DNA of 64,000 nucleotides from an uncultured Latescibacterota bacterium. Lineage in GTDB: Bacteria; Latescibacterota; UBA2968. The notes beneath the pieces were generated by a model. The model worked only from the letters and a program-made list of their open reading frames with translations. It was not told the origin of the DNA and made no database searches. Both the position numbers and the translations under genes were made by a program. Positions within the stretch are counted from its first letter, which is position 1; each line of letters begins with the position of its first letter. Of this stretch, positions 57,265 to 64,000 are shown piece after piece. The DNA lies in assembly GCA_958295785.1 (NCBI GenBank), contig OY282377.1, forward strand, positions 3,328,385 to 3,392,384, given 5' to 3'.

Positions 57265-58077
57265 ATGAACACATACTTATCTGACAGCAAAGCGTACGCG
57301 GCGGTTTGTTCGGCCAGGTTCCGCACGCTCTTGCAATACCGCGCCGCGGCATTTGCGGGGTTTGGCACGCAACTCTTTTGGGCTCTCATCTACATCATGA
57401 TCTTCGAAGCGTTTTACCGATCCTCACCTGCGACACAGCCCATGACCTATCCCGAAGTCGTCACCTATATCTGGCTCTGCCAAGCCTTTCTCGTCATCCT
57501 CCCGTTCAATGCAGACCCCGACATCCGCGCTATGGTGCGGTCGGGCAATGTGGTCTATGAACTCCTGCGCCCGGCCAATTTGTATTTTTTCTGGTACAGC
57601 CGCGCCATCGCGCAACGCACTGCGCCCGGGGTGTTTCGCGCCCTGCCCATACTCATCATCGCGCTCGTCTTTTTTGAGATGGATCTGCCGCCCGATTTTT
57701 TAGCTGCAGGGGCATGGTTCATCTCGATGATCTTTGCGGTCCTCATCAGCGCGGCCCTCACCAATCTGTTGAACATTTCCCTGTTGTGGACCCTATCGGG
57801 CGAGGGCATAAGCGTCCTCCTCGCGGCCTCGGCAGGGCTGTTGAGCGGGCTGACAATCCCCTTGGTGTTTTTCCCGGACTGGTCGCAGGCATTCATCGCC
57901 TTCCTCCCGTATCGATACGTGATGGACATTCCCTTTCGCTTTTACCTCGGCCACCTCTCGGCAGACCAAATCTGGAATCACTTGCCGTTTCAAATTGGGC
58001 ACCTCGTCGCGCTGATCGCGGCGGGGCGTCTCATTCTCAACCGCGGGATTCGCAGGCTCGTGGCGCAAGGAGGATAG
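57265..58077 (+). CDS. ABC-2 family transporter permease
   Basis: 6-TM hydrophobic profile. Sits downstream of the ATPase. Confidence 0.65.
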   Translation: MNTYLSDSKAYAAVCSARFRTLLQYRAAAFAGFGTQLFWALIYIMIFEAFYRSSPATQPMTYPEVVTYIWLCQAFLVILPFNADPDIRAMVRSGNVVYELLRPANLYFFWYSRAIAQRTAPGVFRALPILIIALVFFEMDLPPDFLAAGAWFISMIFAVLISAALTNLLNISLLWTLSGEGISVLLAASAGLLSGLTIPLVFFPDWSQAFIAFLPYRYVMDIPFRFYLGHLSADQIWNHLPFQIGHLVALIAAGRLILNRGIRRLVAQGG

Positions 58078-58079
58078 CG

Positions 58080-58883
58080 ATGACCAACGCGCTTCGCCTT
58101 TACGTGCATTATATCGGTCAATCGGTTCGCAGCCAGATGCAGTATCGCGCGTCATTCCTCATGCTCTCGCTGGGGACTTTCTTCCAAACGGGCATCGATT
58201 TTCTCGCGGTTGCCGCGCTCTTTGCGCGATTTGAACACATTCACGGATGGGCCCTCCCCGAGGTCGCGTTTCTCTATGGCCTGATCAACATCGCCTTTGC
58301 GTTTGCCGATGCTGCATCTCGCGGGTTTGACCTGTTTGGCATCATGGTCAGAAGCGGCGATTTTGACCGCCTCTTGTTGCGCCCGCGCAGCACGGCCTTG
58401 CAACTCGCCGGGCAGGAACTCACCCTGCGCCGCGTGGGGCGTCTGCTCCAGGGCTCAATCGTCTTTTTGTGGGCGTGTCACACCCTGGACATCGCGTGGT
58501 CCGCGCCCAAGGTCTGTCTCGCGTTGTTCGCCATCTTCGGCGGGGCTTGCCTTTTTGTGGGCCTCCTGGTCATGCAGGCCACGCTCGCGTTTTGGACCAC
58601 CGAATCTCTCGAACTGATGAACACCATGACGTATGGGGGCGTGCAGACCGCGCAGTATCCCATGACCATTTACCGCGCCTATTTTCGCAAATTTTTTACT
58701 TACGTCGTTCCCCTCGCGTGCGTAAATTACCTGCCCGCGCTGGCCGTTCTCGAACGCAGCGACCCCCTCGGATTTCCCGTTGTCTTGCGGTGGATCGCGC
58801 CCATCATCTGCATTGTCTTTCTCGTTGTCGCCCTCCAAGTCTGGAAAATCGGCGTGCGCCATTATCGCTCTACGGGGAGTTGA
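58080..58883 (+). CDS. ABC-2 family transporter permease (second)
   Basis: RBS AAGGAGG then ATG 58080. Multi-TM. Confidence 0.65.
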   Translation: MTNALRLYVHYIGQSVRSQMQYRASFLMLSLGTFFQTGIDFLAVAALFARFEHIHGWALPEVAFLYGLINIAFAFADAASRGFDLFGIMVRSGDFDRLLLRPRSTALQLAGQELTLRRVGRLLQGSIVFLWACHTLDIAWSAPKVCLALFAIFGGACLFVGLLVMQATLAFWTTESLELMNTMTYGGVQTAQYPMTIYRAYFRKFFTYVVPLACVNYLPALAVLERSDPLGFPVVLRWIAPIICIVFLVVALQVWKIGVRHYRSTGS

Positions 58884-58932
58884 GGACCTAGGACAGACGA
58901 ATAGGCGAATCATTTGCCCAAAGGGGCTTTCT

Positions 58933-60204
58933 TTGAACACCACCACGCTCTTTGACCAGGCGTATGAAAACCGCAAACGCCCGATTCTAAAAAAAGTCGT
59001 CGATCAAATTCGACCGATTTACACAGCGGAAGAACTGACCGCCATGCGCGTTGATCCCATCAACCGCGCGATTCTGTCGCAGCGTTCGGGGCGCGGTTTT
59101 GTCAATCGGGATTTGCTCGAAACCGCGCTCGGCAATTTGCTCGAATGCGTGGCGCCCGGCTCTCACAATGTGTCTGAAACCGATTACGCGACCCTGATTG
59201 AAAATATCGAAGAAATTGTCGATCAGCTCTACGCGATGATCTACCAATCGCTTCAGGCCGCGCAAGGCCAGGCCGATCCGATAGAAGAGGTGGCGCTGCA
59301 ATCGGCGTTCGCGCTCGTCTCTCAGTTGCCCCGCCTGAAAACCCGCGCGCTGTGGAACCGCTTTGCCTCGCTCAAAGACCCCGCGGTTTGGGATGCGTAT
59401 TTGCGAAACGCCTACGGGTTGGACGAAGACGATCTCGCTTCTTGGATCTTTTCGCCCATCATTGACGACGCCATCGAAGCGCGTTCGTTCGCGCCTTACG
59501 AAACCTTTCTCGCGGACAAGGGCTTGGAATTGGCCTTGGCGTATCAGATGCAACTCGTCGCGAGTGCCTATCCCGGATGGCGCGTTTTGTTCTACCACGA
59601 CATCGCCCATGCCCTGACGCAAAAAGGCGAGATTGAAACGTTCGACTGCACGCCCATTCCCTTGTTGCCGCGCGCCATCTCGGAACTCGGCGGACGCTAT
59701 TATCAGGCCGACATCCATCCGGAAACCACCATCGCGGACGCCAATTTTCTCGAACACCCCCACCGCGGCCTCACCACAGGGCAAACGGGCGTGATCGGGT
59801 ACGGGTGCATCATCTACCCCTGCACCCTCGGCGGGCTTACAGAACGCGCACGGCAGAGACATCCCACCATTGGCAATTTTGTCAAAATCGGCACAGACGC
59901 CACCTTGCTCGGCCCGGTTGTGATCGGCGACCGCTCCACCATTGGTAGCGGCACGGATATTTACGGCTTTGTGGAAACGGGCACCGGTTGTCAAATCGCG
60001 TCGTCCGTCGTACTCGGCACCGTGCGGTCCGGCGCGCGCGACCCGGGCAAAATCATCTTGGGGGATCACGTCCGCGTAGGCGACGGCACCATTGTCGAAA
60101 ACAGCACGGAACTGGATCTCATCATTCCCGACAAATCCGAAATCCCGGCCCGCTCCCACATCGTCAACGACGGCTTCGGCAATCCCAAATACGCACGGGA
60201 GTAA
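58933..60204 (+). CDS. protein with C-terminal left-handed beta-helix (hexapeptide repeat) domain; start uncertain
   Basis: Hexapeptide repeats GTDATLLGPVVIGDRSTIGSGTDIYGFVETGTGCQIASSVVLG. The N-terminal half is unassigned. Confidence 0.5.
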   Translation: MNTTTLFDQAYENRKRPILKKVVDQIRPIYTAEELTAMRVDPINRAILSQRSGRGFVNRDLLETALGNLLECVAPGSHNVSETDYATLIENIEEIVDQLYAMIYQSLQAAQGQADPIEEVALQSAFALVSQLPRLKTRALWNRFASLKDPAVWDAYLRNAYGLDEDDLASWIFSPIIDDAIEARSFAPYETFLADKGLELALAYQMQLVASAYPGWRVLFYHDIAHALTQKGEIETFDCTPIPLLPRAISELGGRYYQADIHPETTIADANFLEHPHRGLTTGQTGVIGYGCIIYPCTLGGLTERARQRHPTIGNFVKIGTDATLLGPVVIGDRSTIGSGTDIYGFVETGTGCQIASSVVLGTVRSGARDPGKIILGDHVRVGDGTIVENSTELDLIIPDKSEIPARSHIVNDGFGNPKYARE

Positions 60205-60345
60205 AAGCGAAAGGCAGTGATCAGGGGGCGGTGGTTAGCCCGCTCAACGAATCTACGAATCAGCGGAACGGGGTACAACCGGCCGGTTCTCAGGTCAGTT
60301 CATCAACTCAAGGCCCGATAAAATCATTCGCAGGAGAAATACGAT

Positions 60346-60582
60346 ATGGACACATCTACCGTTGACCTGAAATTTGCTGCTGATCTGTTGCGCTTGCCCT
60401 ATTCGCAAATTTGGAGTGACTATGATGAAAGGGCTGATGTCTTGTATCTCAGCTTTGAGAAACCCCAGCGCGCCGATGACAGTGTGATGGAAGCTGACGG
60501 GAATATTTACCACTATCGCGGTGACCGTCTGGTTGGTATTACGCTGCCCAATGCGCGCACGCGCTTCTGTGCAGATGGCTGA
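60346..60582 (+). CDS. DUF2283-family small protein
   Basis: YDERADVLYLSFEKPQ...GNIYHYRGDRLVGITL matches the DUF2283 pattern. Confidence 0.5.
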   Translation: MDTSTVDLKFAADLLRLPYSQIWSDYDERADVLYLSFEKPQRADDSVMEADGNIYHYRGDRLVGITLPNARTRFCADG

Positions 60583-60729
60583 CCTTTTGCGCCATACCCA
60601 AAAAATAAAAAGCCCGAGTTCATTGCGAACCCGGGCTTGTGTTTTGCAAAAAAAGAGAACGCCCCTGCATCGAAAGAGCCGGGGCGTAAACTTCGGCTCA
60701 GATGCGTTTTTGAGTGCTTTTCCGAACAC

Positions 60730-62288
60730 TCAGTACCAAAGATGCGAAAAATGTACACCAATACCGAACGTTGTTAAGCCAGATGCGGGTTTGCCCCAAG
60801 TCGCGTCTAAACCGATGATCCAATTCTTTGAGACCTCGCGCCCAACGCCAATACCGAGTCCAAATCCTGTTGAAGATTCATAATTATCTTCAAATGGCGC
60901 AAAAACACTATTGAATCCAATGACTGCCGAAATGAAATTCGCATGGGTATCTTCGGATAGAAAGTAAGTTATTCCAAGTCCACTCGTACTGCTGGCAATC
61001 GTGATACCAACAGAATCGTACCAGAGGACTTTATTAGACCAAGTTATTGCTGTCCGATTGCTCGGCGCATATCCAATGAGAAAGTCTGTTTTCACAGCAA
61101 ACTTTGACTCAGTACCAAGAGTCAGATCATTGCGGGCATATCCCATACCGGGACCAACTCCCAGTATAAATCCCGCCCTATTTCCATCAGAAGCAAATCC
61201 AGTTCCAGAAAATTTGTTGGGCTTCAATTCCTCGCCTGCTTCCTGCTTTGCTTTGATCTCCTTGTCAATGGCAATCAAGTTGGCAAAGCGTTCTGAATAG
61301 GGTGGGTGTATTGTTTTGTAGAAACTCCCGCTTATTTCGTTCACCCTGCGCCAAAACTCGGAGACATCTGTTGTTGGTATGCCTGCGTTCGCCAACAGAT
61401 ACATGGCTAAATAGTCGGCTTCGCGCTCAAAGTCCTTGCTAAAGGCCCAGTCCTCATTTGACGATTTTGACGAATTCCAATCATTATTCCCAAATGGACC
61501 ACTTGAACGCGGAATAATAGCTATCAGAGTGATAGCTATTATCTTACCAATCAAGGAATCACGTTTCATCCTGCTTAAGTGCTTTTTTATCTTATGCGCC
61601 AATTGGTGAGCAATGACAAACTGAAGTTCTATGTCGGACTGTGTAAAGTCCATCATGCCTCTTGTGACGTAAAGCGTTCCATCGGCAAAAGCGTAGACCT
61701 GTTCGCTCATCATCATCATATCAATGGCGAAAGGCGTAGCTTCAATGCCTCGTATGTTCAAAGTCAAGAGTTTCTCATCGCGCTCGACAACGAAGTTCAC
61801 CCATCCATCATCATGGGCGTCTTCCATTTTTTTTTGAAATCTTTCGAGGACTTAAATCGCTTGTTCATGACAGCAACAATGCGATCTCCGGGCTGCATTC
61901 CTGCAGTGTCGGCGGGCGAGTTTTTCAAAACGTACCACACATACACGGCAAAAGGCTTGTGTGTATCAAAGCCAAATTCTTTGATCAAAACTTCGCGTTT
62001 GTATGGTTCTATATCTTTTTCATAGTGATCGAGGGCGGCGTAAAGGAATCCGAAATCGTATCCAACTTGTCGGTGGGGACTGACGTTCACGGCAGCGCGT
62101 TGTAGAGGATAGGCCAAATTGTAAAGCTTGATCATGCGTACCTTATAGTCTTTCACAATCTGGCGGTAGGCTTCCTTCAATTCTGCGGCCTGTTCGGCGT
62201 TCGGTGGTTGATGTCGCGTGGAAGCGCAACCCAAAAACAGGATCGAGAGCACGCAAAAGAACAAGCAATGATAAATCCATTTTTTCAT
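60730..62288 (-). pseudogene. lipoprotein with PDZ-like segment, M48-like peptidase domain (HQLAH instead of HExxH) and C-terminal beta-barrel, split in two ORFs at an A9 homopolymer (61827-61835)
   Basis: N-terminal part MKKWIYHCLFFCVLSILFLGCAS ... ends KKKWKTPMMMDG*. C-terminal part MEDAHDDGW... starts at the same A-tract in another frame. Changing the tract by 1 nt fuses the two parts. The C-terminal part ends with the aromatic residues GIGVHFSHLWY. Confidence 0.5.
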
Positions 62289-62453
62289 CTCAATCTCCTT
62301 TGTTGTGAAAAAGAAAACAGCGATAAATTGAACCGCCAGACCTGTACACCGCTTCGCGTTTCTGAAACCTCCTTTCAATGCTTCATTCATTGCCTTGATC
62401 AAAATCCGATCAAGAACAAGAATGTCCACAAGAACGCCGCTAACAACTCCGAT

Positions 62454-62572
62454 TAAGAAGCCCTAACATAAAGAAATCAAGCGTCTGAAACAGATGAGTG
62501 AACACCCACAGGAACGCCTTAAAGTCGGCCTCTCACAAATCCAAGTCAACTCTTTATGTTAGGGCTTCTAAG
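62454..62572 (+). mobile_element. MITE copy 3, TAA TSD
   Basis: taa|gaagccctaacataaag...ctttatgttagggcttc|taa. Confidence 0.8.
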
Positions 62573-62646
62573 TCTTTCGTCATTCCGGCACACGCGCCAG
62601 TATCGAAAATACCGGGGCATTTTTGCGCGCAGAGTAAATTCAATTC

Positions 62647-63030
62647 TCAAGAAGAAGAAGATCCACTACAGTTTTGAGAAGACCTTTCTACGCTACTGAT
62701 GAGCGTTATGCCGCCAGATGTTACGCCCACCCCAAAATCCTGACCACTCTCACATCGGCTTCTCAAGTCGCTATTGAGATTGAGTTGCGAACAGGCAGTT
62801 CTGAGGGCAGCACGCAAGGCTTCCTCTTGAGTAGCACCTGTGCCGCTGCCACTTCCCGATCCAGAGGGTGAACTAAGATTTCCGATCGTCGCGGGCCTAA
62901 GGGTCAAGGTCACGGTACATCGCCATGAGCTTGACCCATTTGATCCACTCGGATCGTCCTTTCCACAGGCATAAGCGAAGCACATGACCATCAGAGTGCC
63001 CCCAAAGAGAAGCAACAGCTTGAACTTCAT
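62647..63030 (-). CDS. small Gly/Ser-rich lipoprotein
   Basis: MKFKLLLLFGGTLMVMCFAYACGKDD signal/lipobox. MITE copies lie on both sides. Confidence 0.45.
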   Translation of the reverse strand: MKFKLLLLFGGTLMVMCFAYACGKDDPSGSNGSSSWRCTVTLTLRPATIGNLSSPSGSGSGSGTGATQEEALRAALRTACSQLNLNSDLRSRCESGQDFGVGVTSGGITLISSVERSSQNCSGSSSS

Positions 63031-63106
63031 TGCCCAAGTTCGCGCTTGCTTACAAAGATATTGCATAAGTTTCCTCCTTGAAAAAGGGATATATGAGCCT
63101 GTCTAA

Positions 63107-63236
63107 CTAAGAGTCCCTAACAAAAAGAAATCAAGCGTCTGAAACAGATGAGTGAACACCCGATAGACAAGCTCGAAACGCCTCAAAGTCGGCCTCTCAC
63201 AAATCCCTGTCAACTCTTTATGGTAGGGCTTCTAAA
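63107..63236 (-). mobile_element. MITE copy 4, TAA TSD
   Basis: taa|gagtccctaacaaaaag...ctttatggtagggcttc|taa. Confidence 0.8.
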
Positions 63237-63466
63237 TCTACGGCATCGAGAAAGCGTTGTGAAAAAAAAACTTTTCAAAGGCGATGACAAATGAAACGAA
63301 TGGGTGAGGCGAGCTGACCGCTGGAAATCGGCTATCAGATTTACTAACATTGTGCTTCGCGTGCATCTATCAACCCCCCATCCCTCCGCCCAAAGCGATG
63401 TATGGGCTGACGGCTTGTTTTGCTGACCGCTGACCGCTTGGGCGGCGGATGGGAGGAAGGGCACAT

Positions 63467-64000
63467 TCATTCAAACGGCATGACAGCGGAGGGATGATCG
63501 GATGCGGCGAAAGACAGCACCCGGTCGTGCAGGGTTGGGCCGTGCAATTCGCGGTAATACGCGAACAAATACTCGTTGCAATAGCCCGCCCACTTGCCCC
63601 ATCGCGCCTCGGCCCATTGGCATATCTTCGCCTCGGAACCGGTGACGCCATACCATTCTCGGGCAAATTTTCGCACCCATGTATCGACGGGCACCGCGCA
63701 CAGCCGATCCAGCGAGAAAAGATCGATGCACCGCGCAACCTTGATGCCAACGCCACTGCCGGATAGGGCGTGCAAATCGTCTGCGACAGACCGCCAGGTT
63801 TCGAGGTCCGCGGGACCGCGGATGGCGTTTGCGATAAATCGTGCGGTTGTTGCCACGCGCTCTGAACGCCAGCCAAACCGGTGATGCCTGTAAAATCCGC
63901 CATCCAATTCGGCGAGTGCGTCGGGAGATGGAAATGTCCAGTACGTCTCGCCATCAAAAATCCGTTTATTGCCCAAGGTGCGGGCGATAAATCCGATCCG
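63467..64000 (-). CDS. 8-oxoguanine DNA glycosylase-like HhH-GPD protein (N-terminus beyond window end)
   Basis: GVGIKVARCIDLFSLDRLCAVPVDTWVRKFAREWYG matches the OGG/AGOG HhH-GPD motif. The ORF runs off the window. Confidence 0.6.
   Translation of the reverse strand, partial: RIGFIARTLGNKRIFDGETYWTFPSPDALAELDGGFYRHHRFGWRSERVATTARFIANAIRGPADLETWRSVADDLHALSGSGVGIKVARCIDLFSLDRLCAVPVDTWVRKFAREWYGVTGSEAKICQWAEARWGKWAGYCNEYLFAYYRELHGPTLHDRVLSFAASDHPSAVMPFE

Noticed and set aside
1-64000. Alternative genetic code (UGA=Gly/Trp or UAG sense) to explain in-frame stops
   Set aside because: Most genes (suf operon, ABC transporter, UPF0182, SIR2 protein and others) are long intact ORFs under the standard code. 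The stops replace different amino acids (Tyr, Gly, Cys). Only suppression or pseudogenisation remain viable.
1-64000. tRNA, rRNA or tmRNA genes
   Set aside because: No cloverleaf-compatible sequence with a GTTCRANYC T-loop or rRNA-like segments was seen on either strand.

Overview
High-GC (~60%) bacterial chromosome window. A dockerin-tailed glycosidase suggests a Chloroflexi/Planctomycete-like environmental organism. The first ~17 kb is a composite defence/mobile island built around a Type III-like R-M locus. Its Res C-terminus sits at the window start, and the Mod methyltransferase carries a low-GC target recognition domain (TRD) and a four-helix-bundle gene nested in-frame. An AT-rich ClpP-fold protease and a tandemly duplicated DUF1640-like cassette are wedged between res and mod. 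Downstream of mod are two cargo modules: DUF104-like/XRE-ImmA/PIN, then a 1267-aa SIR2 (DSR-like) protein plus HigBA. They are delimited by three direct copies of the mod 3' terminus. After these come a degraded IS701-like IS with a target-site duplication (TSD), an ArsC/Spx-family gene with in-frame TGA at the redox Cys plus a downstream hairpin (candidate selenoprotein), and a DUF262 remnant. The rest is largely housekeeping: Gfo/Idh/MocA, RqcH, ClpX-like, MurQ, UPF0182, KamA-like radical SAM, MFS, sulfatase, dprA, lexA, sufBCDSU+DUF59, NfuA-like, ABC transporters. Notable exceptions are a ParA-like ATPase + HEPN-like gene pair inserted between sufB and sufC, an alpha-class methyltransferase + NYN nuclease pair, a PqqD-like recognition-element gene followed by a second DUF1640 tandem pair, a RelE/ParE-like toxin-antitoxin (TA) pair, and an A9 tract splitting a lipoprotein gene. 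Several repeat families occur: a ~120-bp miniature inverted-repeat element (MITE) with TAA TSD in 4 copies, a ~530-bp element in inverted copies ~9 kb apart, GC-rich REP-like palindromes, and a recurring GGGGTACAAC motif. Several genes carry in-frame stop codons exactly at conserved Tyr, Gly or Cys positions. No tRNA, rRNA or CRISPR array was seen.
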